From Paraspadella gotoi (taxonomy: Eukaryota; Animalia; Chaetognatha): DNA of 64,000 bases. Where the stretch lies: contig CM119271.1 in NCBI GenBank assembly GCA_051294375.1, positions 14,018,770 through 14,082,769 of the forward strand, given 5' to 3'. The notes below the pieces were generated by a model. It saw nothing but the letters and a program-made list of their open reading frames with translations. It had not been told where the DNA came from and did no database searches. A program made the position numbers and the translations under genes. Shown here in pieces: positions 39,320 to 52,924 of this stretch (within the stretch, counting starts at the first letter, position 1; each line of letters opens with the position of its first letter).

Positions 39320-42300
39320 CATTCAATATTTTAAATACAAGATTCTTTTGGACGTCAGGCCGCCCGATCGACAAGATATTTGACATGATCACATTCCTCA
39401 AACCACAAGTGACTATGGAATGCAAGAGCGACCATCTGGGCAAACAATGGATGGTGGTTGAATTCATAAACCAGAATGATTGCGAGATCCAGGACGTAAG
39501 TACTATAATTTATTTAGTTGTAATGCGTTGCTCTGTTCAAATCTCATTCTTTTGAATTGAATAATTAAATAATCAAATTTATAAATCACAATCTCTCCCT
39601 CCAATAGTTCTCGGTCAAATTTGACCCGAAGGAAAGCGAAGGAGAAACCCAATGCCTTTTCAAACGAGACGGGCTCGAGTTTTTTGAAACGTTGAAGCAG
39701 ATTGTGACGCAATTTAATAACGGCAATGAAAAAGGAGCACTGGAGACACTGCGGACCGTAGCATCGAAAGGCATGAATATAAACCAGATCGTGTCGGGAA
39801 ATCCCTTCTTTGGAACAAACATTAGCTTACCCTTGGAGGTACTATTAAACCTTAGCGCATCGGTTTACCCCCCCTCTGGATCAAATATAACCATGCCAGG
39901 AAGGGGATATAACCCTTTCAACAAGACCGGGTCCACTCAAACCTATTTAGAGTTTTTGTTGTCCTCTAATCTAATAAACTTGACGGAAATTGTGAGAGAA
40001 GCAGAAGAATTTGAGAAGGAATTTCGATCGCTCATTGCCATGACCTTATCCGATTATCAGCTGTACGAGGTAAGTCACTTGGATAAACTGCATTAATTTG
40101 TCTTGTTAAATACAATGCATAGGATGTAAAGGTAATAAAATAATAATAATAACAATAATAATATAATAATAATAATAATAATAAAATGATAATAATAAAA
40201 ATTATAATAATAATGTTTATAATGTTAATGTTTATAAAAATGATTATGATGATACTGACAATAAGATCAGTAATAATAATCGTAATAATGATAATATTTA
40301 TAAAAACAATTTTATTCATGTCAAGATAATGAAACAGATACATCCAAATATACACTATGAATAATCTACACATCTCTTTCACATCACACATGAATTCTTA
40401 GTCGGAGAACCATTTTCACGAGTTGATGCGAGGCGTGCGGGATTACTATTCGCCAGATCATCTTCCTCCTGGACTCATAAGGGAGGTTCACGATTTACCT
40501 AATAAAGGATTGATGCGCGCATTGATCGATATCAACGCTTGTACTCATATGGTGAGTTTGAGAGTAGTCTATCCTCCCTCTCTCTCGCTCTCTCGCTCTC
40601 TCTCTCTCTCGTTCTCTCTTTCTCTCTCTCTCTCAGTCTCAATAAAGTTGTATCAAGTACAATTAACTGTTTAAAATAATACGGCTGTGTTGAAAAATCT
40701 AATCTCGATAAAGTAGCTTTTTGAGGTAGTTTAAATAACTGGCCTAAAGCTCTGCTCCTATTTTCAATATCAATCAATCTCTCTCTTTGTCTGTCACACT
40801 CACGCTCTGTATAGTGTATTGTGTATTAGTGTGGAGTGATGAAAAGATTGAGCGATTGAACATTATTTTTTTGCTGCCTATTGACAATTGGACATATAAC
40901 TAACGAATTTTTGTTTTAGCATAACAGTATAGTAAATTCAATTATTTATGTACATTGTGTAAAGACTTTCGTTTTCGTTGTTTTTAGTAATTAGAAGAAA
41001 AACAATTTGATTTGTTTTGGCAACAAATTGTATTTAAGGCATTAAACACTGATGAAGACTCTAAACTGCAGAGTCGAAACATGTCTTGCCTTAAATACAA
41101 TTCGTTGCCAAAACAAATCAAATTGTTTTTCTCCTAAATTATTTATGTAGTAATATCCTTATAAAATCATTAAATTTTAAAATGTTTTTTTTTAATTTTT
41201 AAGAACAGATTTGGATTCGCCGTAAAAAGCTAAAAAACTTTTATAATATGTTATATAATATTTTAATGTTTAGACCGCAAAAAATGACTAAAACTTATTA
41301 ACTTATATAAGTTTTTAATACAGAGAATAAAAAAATCATAAATTTTCACTTTTTTACTATTTTAATTGCTGAAGATGACAGAACTTTTCTATAACATGTT
41401 TTACATTTTTGATTCAACTTTTTATGAAGAATCTGAATCTTTATTAAAAGTTTTAAAAAAATTATTTTTAAATTTTACTATTTTATAAGAATATTTATTT
41501 ATATTTATTTAGAAAGAGTTTGAAATTTTTATTTCAACGATTTGTTCAAATCTCTTTCTAAATATCAATACATAACGAAAGAAAGGATTTAACACAAAGA
41601 ATATGACTGCAAATATATTATATTGTATTATTTTATTCCCGAGACAATCACAATATGAAAAAAAAATAAATATATATAATTAATCATAATATCACTTGTC
41701 TAAATATCCTGTTTTTATCATTCTAATAAATTTTTTGTTCTTGAATGCTCCACTCTATTTTGTATATACTTATATACTTACCGTTATTGTATCGTTAAAT
41801 TTGTTTGTGAAAATCTTATGTTCATCGTTCCCTCTACAGAAAACGATTCCAACTTACTACCCTCGCGGTCAAAGTCTCACTCACAACTACAGATACGAAG
41901 CGACTCTCTCCGTCACCTACAAAAAAGTCTTCCCGAACGAAACTGAAAAGAACGAACGCGAAACAGAAACGAAGGAACACGAAACGGAAGTTGACCGGGT
42001 ATCGCGTTTCGAAAGCGATCTTCGATCCGCGGCTCAACGAGTCTCCCTCGATGCGTTGAATCATTTCGAAAGTATGATGAAGGAAGTGGTTTTGTTATAC
42101 AATTGAAACATTCTTTTAAATATTATACCACTTGAGAGTGAAGAGACAGTAATAATTGTTATGAGTTAGTGACAGAACCGTTCAATATAAGCAGTCCCTG
42201 AGCTTCGGATGAGGCTGTAACACGGTGTTACAAGCGGGTTGAGCGCCCCGTCCCTCTTAACTGCTAGGCAACCACCGGGTTAGAACCCCGGACCTTTGAG

Positions 42301-45300
42301 TTGGGAGGCGAATGACTTGCCTCCTGCACCACTTGCCGCTGTTGAACGGTAGGTGGATTTTAGTCCACCATAAGAGTCTTGATAATTGATAATTGATAAT
42401 TTTAATATTGGTTGTACCAATTTTATAAAACCAACCAACCGTTCAAGAGCTGCTATTGGAGTTGGGGCAAATCATTCGGGGTTCTAGCCAGATGACCTAG
42501 TAGTTAATTAAGACTGATCGCCTTTACCCACCTGTACCATGGTGCAAGAGCCTGATCCGGGAGCATACTGACTGCTGTATTATGAATAGTTTACTTATTA
42601 ATTACTATTATTCTGTCAATTCAAAGGTATGTTTCCCAATGCGTCCTACTACGAAATAATCCATCCCAGTCGACCACTGGAGAGAATAACGCTGCTTCAA
42701 TTGATGACCGAGATAGTCGAGCTGGTCGTGGATTCTCTCAAAGGCTCCGGCAAAGACGTCATCCTTCTCGGCGACGTTCTCAGGCAAACTCGCTCTCATC
42801 TCACGAATCGCACCATGGACGCGCTGTTGTCGCCGCCCGGCTCGCGCGACGGGATTTCTTACGTTTTTTTTGTGAGCCTTCTGAATACCTTCCACCAAAC
42901 GAACTACCTCGGAAAAGTTGATGCGATCGCAGCTGAAAAGAAGGCAGAGGAACCGAGTACCGAGACGCCGACGACGACGCCGACGACGACGACGACAACA
43001 CATCCGGAAAATGGGAATCGAAAGAAGGAATTTCCTCTCGTGTAAGATTAGCCTTTTATTATTATTACTATTATTATTATGATTATAATTATTATTATTA
43101 TTATTATTACTATTATTATCATTATTTTAGTTAAATCAAAGCAATATAAATATTAAATCATAGTGTTAAGCTTTTCTTTTTGTTGTTTGTTTAGATTTAA
43201 ATGAAACGAAATTTTCGTGAAACAATATTTAATTTTAATTTAGATAAAATTGGACATGTTTCAGCATTTGAAAAAACCACAAATAATTTTTCACAAACCC
43301 AAAACGACGGCTGCAGGAGGAAGGGGAGGAGTCTGTATCTCCTGTATCAAAAAAGGCCAGAACAGGCTTATCAGGTCAGAGAGATATCCGAGTGGCACTG
43401 GGCATCCTTCCAGATCCCAGCATATCCAACTCCACCACAATACTCTCTCAGCCTATGACAGGCCTATGAACCGAACTCATCAGCAATGTCCCACATTTGC
43501 CCTGCCCGGGGGGGGGAGCTCATTTTGAGTTCTTTCTCTACTTATTTTTCACTTACCTTATCTTATCTATCCCTCACAAATTATTTTCTATGTCATTTCA
43601 CTACTTCAGTACTTCAAATTCACTCTCTTTTCACCTCTGTCCTCACCTTCACCTGTCCTCACATCTAACCACTTTCCTTTACTCAATTCTTTGATGGAAA
43701 CTCTCTCCTTTTTTTCTCTCTTTCTCTCTCTCTCTCAACAACTCAAAGTTTGTGAAATATTATTTGTGGTTTTTTCAAATGCTGATGAGGGCTCGCAACT
43801 GAGCCGAATCATGTCCAATTTTATCTAAAATAGAATTAAATTGTTGTTTCACGAAAATTTTGTTTCATTTAAATTTAAATATTAAATCTAAGGCGACTTA
43901 CAACCGGTCTCTCTCTCTGAACCAGAGATGTGAACGCGATCCGGAAAGCGAAACCGAACACTGTGGAAGCGGCCGATTTTTGAAGAACCCGAAACCGGGA
44001 GCGATAGAAAAATTGAGAAAAAAGGATTGAACCCGGAAGCTATAATAACCCTGCGTGTTCGCTTCCTGGTCATTTGTTTTTATTGGTTAGAAATGAAAGG
44101 TATTTAATGTATTAAAATCTTTGCAACCCCCTGCTCTTTCTTGATTTTTCTTTTAAAAATTTGTTTTCAATATTTATTTTCAACATTTAAAATTGTTTGC
44201 TCCTAATTTTTTTATTCACTTTTTCTTATTCTCTTCTTTTATTTTTTTGTTCTCTTTTATTCTCTTTTCCTCTTTGGTCGAGAATCTATGAAAAAAAATT
44301 ACATATTTATTTTTTTAATTATTCTTTTTAATATATTCAAATAAAATCTGAGCTAAAAAAAGATTTTTGCTATTTGAAAAAAACTGTAATTAACTTAAAT
44401 TAAAATTTAAATTACACTTTTTTAATTCTATAAAACTAAAATTTATTTCTTATATTTTATTATTTTTCTTTAAATTTAAGTCTCTTTTTTTAAATCCATA
44501 ACATTTTTCATGTTACAAACAAGTTTAAACCAAAAGGATTGATCTGTTTATTTGGCAATATTGCTAATATATATCTTTATACATACTTAAATCTCTAACA
44601 CACACTCTCTCTCTATCTTCTTCTTTTTTTCCACACTCTTGCACTGAACAAAAAGCAATAAAAAAAAATATATAAATAAATAAATCAAAATTATTAATAA
44701 AAAAGTTTGAGCAAACAATGCCGGATTCTGCCCACGATCATTAGCGGTAATTAATTGATAATTAATTGAAAAAAAATAAATTATTTAATTGTAATACATA
44801 TAATTAATTAAAATATAACATCGAACATTTGGGAGCTCAAATGATTTGGAACAAAGACGACACGACGATGGAATTACAATGACGAAAACGACGACGAAGT
44901 CTTTTGTACTTTGTGAGCCGTAGCTACAGTTATGTGGTCAATAGAATGACCTGGTTTTTACCCAATCTTATGTTATGGCTGACCTTTTTCTCAAGCCAAT
45001 GTAAAATACTAGTATGTTGGTTATTATTTTTAGTCATTTTTACTTTTTTACTGTTTTTGATATACAGGTTTTTTTTATCACAAAAAACACGCCTCAAATT
45101 TTTCTATAAATTTTTGTTTTGAGTCACCGCAAACCATAATTAAAAAAATATTCTTCAATTAATTAATTCTAGAGAAGAAAGCAAAGAATTTGAATTTGTA
45201 AACAACGATTTTAATAATATTGGACATGTTCGGCTTGTTTACTTCAAGCCTTCATCAGCAGTATGACATTCAATAATAAAATTTGTGGTAAAAAAAGTGT

Positions 45301-47248
45301 GGAGAGAGAGAGAGAGAGAGAAAGAAAGAGAAAAGGTAAAAGTTTCCCAACAAGTGGAGACAGAATAGTTGTTCAGATGTGAGGACAGTTGAACGTAAGG
45401 CCAGATGAGTGAGTTGTGAAAAGAGTAAACTTGTTAAAACGAGAGAGGAGTGAGAGAGAAACAAACAACAAGGATAAATAAATGATTTAAAGATACAGTT
45501 TTGGCAATGTACAACAAAAGATTAAAGGATTTAATTAATAAATAATAATGATGGCAACCACGACAATGATAATACCGACCGATGACAAATTGAATTGATT
45601 GCTTAATTTTTGATTGATGATTGAATATTATTAAATTATATTGGAATAATTAATTAATTGATCAGTTCTGGCATGTAGCTCAAATTGTTTGTTTTTTTGT
45701 CTTTCATTATGACAAAAAAATGACGACCCTGATGATGATGGTATGATGGACAACGAGGATAGCACCATCATGATTAATTGAATGATGATTGATCAAATAA
45801 AATTAAATTCATATCAGGCCTGTTAATTTTGAGGTCTTTTTGTCAGGTCACTGCCAGGACAAAGCAACAACGAACGTTGGAGATGACAATGATAACACTA
45901 CATTGTTTAATTGATTGATTAATTTGTATTGATTAATTAAGTTAATTAGTTCTTTTAATAATTTGATATAAATAAATTTATTAATTAGTGATGATAAATT
46001 AATGGTTATTTAATTTATTTATTATAAAAATTGATTCATTAATTTTTAAGTGATTGATGATTAGTTGTTTAGTTGATTGGATTGATTGATTAATTAATTG
46101 ATCAATTGATAATTAATGAGCTTGTATTATATTTAATAAAAAAGAAAAAGCGCAAATAGGAAAAAAGGTTTGTGGTTTTCATTAAACTCGTTTCACTCAA
46201 CGATTATTACAATCTTACAAATCTTACAATTTCATAGTAAAAATTTCACTTGTTATTTATTAACAAAAAAGATTGTTTGTTAAAATACTACCAATTGGAA
46301 ATTACATGTCTAAAGAGAGTATTTTATAAATAAAAACAAATATAAAATTTCTAAAGAAGAAGCGATGTGCACTCGGAAAACCGTAAGCGATCGCGGCAGC
46401 GCTAAGAAAAGTAGGTTGCACCCGAAAACGGGAGCGGGAGGGGTCTTGGAAGCGCGGATTGGCAGGCGGGGAAAAAAATCGTGATCGTTCCACATCTCTG
46501 CTCTGAACCCTCCTCTCTCCTCTTACCTCTGACCGGTGATCCCACGGTCACTTGCCTTAGCTTTGCAATGACCTTAGATTGTTTCCATATTGCTATATGA
46601 CTGTACATAGCAATAGGAACAAGGAGACCTTACGGTCCTATTGCGGTCAGAAAGAGGAGAGAGGAAGGGTTCAGAGAGAAAGACCGGTCGTAACTGCCCC
46701 ATTTAGTTTCTTAATCGTTTAACATATGGTGGACTATAATCATCAGCGGTCATTGGTGAAGGAGGCAAGTCATTCGTTTTCCACCCCAAAGGTCCGGGGT
46801 TCTATCCCGGTGGTCCCCTCGCAGTTAAGAGCGACGGGGCGCTTAACCCGCTTGCAAAACGGTGTTACAGCCTGTTCCGAAGCTCATAACAAAGTCTCTC
46901 CAAACTTTTATGTTTACCCTAATATTTAATCTAATTATTAATCTCTTTCCAAAAGTTTAATCCATTTCCTAACCTTCAACCTCAATCTAACCTTTAACCT
47001 TTAACCTTATTTTCTAACCCTAATCCCGATTCGAACCTCAAGAGATGGCTAATCTATGTGCGGTTTAATAATTAATTTATAACATTAATGTTATGATTAT
47101 TTCTTATGTAGTAAAATATAATCAATTAGTATATAGTATATTGTTATTATTTTAGGTGCGACTTCAGAGGAATGTCACACGTTTCAACTTCTTTGCAAAT
47201 AAACGACAGAACCGAGAACTTGAATTTGGAGATGAAACTCAGACTTGA
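39320..47248 (+). CDS. ZP-N-like subdomain with large insertions. Exons 39320-39495, 39608-40069, 40402-40551, 41840-42071, 42627-43041, 47156-about 47248
   Basis: Phases chain 1/0/0/0/1/2 with open frames. Motifs VTMEC...WMVVEF, ETQC, IDINAC, YRYEATLSVTY and EFPLVCDF resemble ZP-N Cys1-4 and the conserved Tyr strand (by eye). Confidence 0.6.
41049..41086 (+). ncRNA. Minimal type I hammerhead ribozyme (intact core) in the loop of a 46-bp inverted repeat
   Basis: CTGATGA-A-GACTCT(aaactgc)AGAGTC-GAAA-CATG-TC. Flanks 40996-41041 and 41087-41132 are inverted complements. Confidence 0.8.
42175..42370 (-). mobile_element. tRNA-derived SINE family 2 (other copies 46727-46890 +, about 56910-57079 -, degenerate 42435-42590 +)
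   Basis: Shared GGAGGCAAGTCATTCG...AAAGGTCCGGGGTTCTANCCCGG (B-box-like)...GCAGTTAAGAG..ACGGGGCGCT.AACCCGCTTG...GTGTTACAGCCT...CCGAAGCTCA. Confidence 0.7.
43187..43888. mobile_element. Penelope-like retroelement remnant with inverted terminal copies carrying hammerhead motifs
   Basis: About 43190-43298 is the inverted complement of about 43748-43888. The right arm has a hammerhead at 43782-43815; the left arm has a deletion derivative (CTGA fused to AACATGTCC). No RT ORF is visible. Confidence 0.55.
43782..43815 (+). ncRNA. Hammerhead ribozyme variant (GAAA read as GAAT)
   Basis: CTGATGA-G-GGCTC(gcaact)GAGCC-GAAT-CATG-TC. Confidence 0.65.
43923..46500. mobile_element. Non-autonomous hAT-type DNA transposon, 2578 bp
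   Basis: TIRs CAGAGATGTG(G)AACG at both ends and a perfect 8-bp TSD CTCTGAAC (43915-43922, 46501-46508). No transposase ORF. Confidence 0.85.
45223..45258 (-). ncRNA. Hammerhead ribozyme motif (one A short in GAAA)
   Basis: Minus strand CTGATGA-A-GGCTTG(aagtaaa)CAAGCC-GAA-CATG-TC. Lies in a noisy region, so the missing A may be a homopolymer error. Confidence 0.65.
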
Positions 47249-47279
47249 GTGAGTGAGTGAGTGAGTGAAAGTAAAAAAA

Positions 47280-50200
47280 AAACGGTTCAAAATACAGTTA
47301 AATAACAATCTTCCTCAAACTCTCACGCCGCAGAACGATTTGAATCTTATTCCAAGAGATAATACAACTTTAAAACAAAGAAAAAACCGACAAAGGTCAC
47401 ATTTTTGTTTCAATAGTATATTAAACACAAGGATATGAATGTATTTGAACCGAAAATTTGCCAAAAACATCCGAACGATATTTTTAAAGGAAAAAAGGGA
47501 AATAAACGGTCTAAGTACTTCTGCATAACATCAATCGGAGGTTTGGATTAAAATTGGGTGAGGGAACAGCTGTATGTGAACAGTCTTTTATCAAAACAAA
47601 CAAATTTCCCTCCGTCTCTTTTATTATTTATGTCTCCTTCTCTTCTGTCTCTTCTCTTTAATTTTATGTAGCTTCTCTCAACTCCCAAGTAGGATAAAAA
47701 CGTTAAATACACCTGAGTAGAAAACGACTTTTCTCTGAAAAGATATGAAAACTTTGAAAAATAACAGAAAACGGACATTTTGTCCAATCGCAAACGAGCT
47801 AACATAAACAACCTTTTAAAAAAGCAGGATCAATCGAAATTTTTCCAATGTAAAAAAGTTAAAAAACACTACGCGAATATAGAAAAACTTCACGACTTTC
47901 TAAGTACAAAAAGATGATAAAAACGTTAAATACAAAGACAATATAAATCAAAGACTAGGAAGACTATAAAATGAGCACAGGACAGAAGACAAATCCGAGC
48001 AGACGATATTCCAAAGAGGGATACAACTTTAAAAACAAAGGAAAACGCTTTTTCCAATGTAAAAAGAGAATAAAAAATCTCTAAAACAACAGAAACACCG
48101 GAAAACGATATTTCAACAGAAAAAAGAAATAAAAACGTTAAATACTTCTTGCAAATAACATCATCGAGGTATATGTCTCAAAATTGGGAGGATGTTTACA
48201 GTTTAATTAAGATATCTTTTTATTGACGTATTTAAATTCAAAAACAAAGCAAATTATCTCTTTCTTTTTTTTATGTCCTCCTAGTTTATATTCTCTCTCA
48301 CTTATTAGATCTTTATTCATCACATTTAATTTTATATTGATCTAGCTTTCTCTAACTATCATCATCTCTTCAATAGGATAAAAATGTTAAATGATATCAA
48401 AAGTATGCAAAAACGATTTTGCTACCTGGGTAAAAATATATTGAACATAACATAAAAAAAATTAAAAAAAAAACAAAACACCAAAGGATTATTATTATCA
48501 CAATAGTAAAAAACAGTAAATAAATGACTATAAAAAGAAAATACGAGTGGCAAAAGAGCGGTTTTTGCTCACAATGTAAAAAGGTAAAAACACCGATAAA
48601 CGACTTTTTTCTAAAGTAAAAAGTAATAAAACCGTTAAATACAAACAGACACCGCAGACGATATTTCAAAAGAGATAACAACTGTTAAAACAAAGAAAAA
48701 GAACACGCTTTTTCCACATGTAAAAAATAGATAACAATTTCAAAACACAAGTCCTCTCCGGAAAAAGATAATTTTCAAAAGGAAAAAGAAAATAAAAAGT
48801 TAATACTTCTGGCAAATAAATCATCGAGGTTTTACAAAATTTGGGTGAGGAAACAGTGTATTAAAATATCTTTTTACGAAACAAAGCAAATTTCCATTAT
48901 CCTCTCTATTATTTTTATGTCTCCTTCCTCTCTCTCTTTTCTCTTTAATTTTTATGTTAGCTTCTTCACATCTCAAACTATAAATGACTTTAAAGAACAA
49001 CCAGAAACGACTTTTTCTCTGTAAAGATATTGAAAAACTTTTAAAAATACACAGACGAAACTTTTTTCCTAATGGAAAAAGAATAAAAAACTTTTAAAAT
49101 TAAAAAAGAAAACGGACAAACGTTCCCAATGATAAAAAGAGTTAAAAAACAACCTCGATAAATCGACTTTTCTAAGGAAGTATCTGAGTATAAGAGGTTA
49201 CAAATACACAACAACACCGGCAGACGATATTCCAAAGATATAACCTTAAAAAAAAGAAAACGCTTTTTTCATGTTAAAAAGAGAATAAAACATATTCTAA
49301 AACACCCATCACAGACCGAAAACGATATTAGAAAAAAGAAATAAAAACGTTAAATACTTCTGCAAATAACATCATCGAGGTTGTTAAAGGGTGAGGACAG
49401 TTATTAAACAGACAGTTATGTAAATTATTCTTTGTTTAATTCAAAACAAACAAATTCTCTTTTTTATGTCTCCTTTCTCACTCTCTCTTTTCTCTTTATT
49501 TTATGATAAGCTTTCTTTTCTACTCTGCTCAATAGAAAATTCATATCGTTTTTAATATCATCACACTACATAGCTCTATCCTCAAGAAATACGCTTTTTT
49601 CTTCTGTAAAAAGATATGAAATTGAATCTCTTAAAATAAATAACAGAGAAAAACTTTTTCCCAAATTGTAAAAGAAATAAACACTTAACAAAAAAGGAAA
49701 ACGTTTTTTTCTCCAATGTATGAGTTAAAAACACCCGATAAAAAACGACTTTTCTAAAAAGTAAAAAGACTGAATAAAAACGTGTTAAAACACTAAATAT
49801 CCAACGGCGCGATATTTTCGGTACACTATTAAAAACAAAAGAAAACACACGCTTTCAATGTAAAAAGAGTTTTTGTTTAAAGAAAAAATTCTTAAAAACA
49901 CACATTACTTCCTGTGTTGAAAACCTATTTTATTTTTTAAAAGGGTAAAAAAAGAATATTAATTAACGTTAAATTATACTACTCTCAGCAAATAACATCA
50001 TCAGAGTTATTGTTAAAATTATAGGGTGATCGGACAGTTTATTAAATATCTTTTTTATCAAAACACACACGCAAATTTTCCTCTCTTTATTTTTTATGTC
50101 TCCTTCTCTCTTCGTCTTTTCTCTTTAATATTTAATGTAGCTTTCTCTCTCACTCTCAATAGATAAAAACGTTAAACTACCAAAATCCACCAGAAACAGA

Positions 50201-50650
50201 CCTTTTTCCCTCTGTAAAAAGATATGAAAACTTTAAAAAATAAAACAGAAAACGATTTTTCCAATGTAAAAGTAAACTTTTAAAAAACCGGCAAACGATT
50301 TTTCCCAAATGTAAAGAGTTAAAAACACACCGATAAACACTTTTCTAGAAGGGTAAAAGTGATAAAAACAAAACGTTAAATACAATACTATTATCTCCCG
50401 AGTTTACAAACATTTTTTAACTGATTATTATTGTCTTATTATTCAACCTGTTTTTTCTTTTTTTCTTTTTTTTGTGTGGCAGATCGATATTCCATTAAAG
50501 AGTTATACAACTTTTTTTAAAAATCAATAGATAAGCCAAACGCTTTTTCTCAATGTATAATTCACCATGTAAATAAGAGATTTTAAAATATTTTAAAACA
50601 TTTTCCTAATCTATATAAAAAATAAACTATTCTAAAAAAAAAATCTAAAA
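47280..50650. repeat. Degenerate tandem repeat of about 550-660 bp units, at least five copies
   Basis: The anchor ACATCATCGAGG...GGGTGAGG recurs near 47530, 48160, 48820, 49370 and 49995; sub-motifs AAAACGTTAAATAC and TTTTCCAATGTAAAA. Indel pattern resembles unpolished long reads. Confidence 0.75.
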
Positions 50651-51358
50651 CAAAGAATTTCTAGAAAAAACTCGTAATTTTTTAAACCTCTTATAGACGG
50701 CGGGTTATAAAGCCCGAAAGAACGTAATAAACAATACAAAAGGTAAACCTACATAATAACAAAAATCAAAACATATACGTATAAATATACGCCACGACGC
50801 AAAACACGGCTCCGTCCCGCAACGCGTAATCCGCATCAAAATGAAGTACAGAAGTAAGGACTGACAATCTTCTCTACTGTCTCTCTCTCCTCTTCCTCTC
50901 TTCTCTCCTACTTCCCTACTCTTCGATTCTCCCTCTGAATCTTCTCTCCCCATTTCTAGCTCTCTCCTTCCTTCCCTGCTATCCCAGCATCTCTCTCTTT
51001 CTCTTCTGCTTCCTCTCGCTTCTTCCTCTTCTCTGCTCTTACTTCTCTCTGCCTCTCTCACTGCTCTCTCTCTCGCACTTCTCTGCTTCTCCTCTTCTCT
51101 CCTGCTATCTACCCTCTTCTTGCTGTCTCATCTCGCCTTTCTCTTCTTCCTCTCTTCTACTCCCTTATTCCTTATTCCCTCCTTTTCTCTCCTGTCCTTT
51201 CCTCTCTTTTCTCCTTCGTTCTCTCTCTCTCCTCTCCCCTTTATTACCCCTGAGAAAAAAGGTTTTCTAGTTTCGAGTCTTTGTCAGTATCCGGGTGAAT
51301 AACATCTTTATAATATCTGTTTATATCTTTTATNNNNNNNNNNNNNNNNNNNNNNNNN

Positions 51359-52810
<1,452 letters not shown>

Positions 52811-52924
52811 GTAAGTGNNNNNNNNNNNNNNNNNNNNNNNNNGGAGAGAGAGAGAGAAAGAGAGAGAGAGGAGAGAGAGAGAAGAGAGAGAGAAAGAGAG
52901 AGAGAGAGAGACTCCTTCACCTTA

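Larger units (their letters stand above)
43891..46699. mobile_element. MITE with TIRs of about 45 bp (possibly PIF/Harbinger-type), split by the hAT insertion
   Basis: Left TIR GGCGACTTACAACCGGTCTCTCTCTCTGAAC|CCTCCTCTCTCCTCT; the reverse complement of the right end is GGGCAGTTACGACCGGTCTTTCTCTCTGAACCCTTCCTCTCTCCTCT. An uninterrupted copy lies at about 57105-57342. Confidence 0.7.

Noticed and set aside
43300-43460. Possible Penelope GIY-YIG C-terminus (RRKGRSLYLLYQKRPE)
   Set aside because: Resemblance too weak to call without a profile search.
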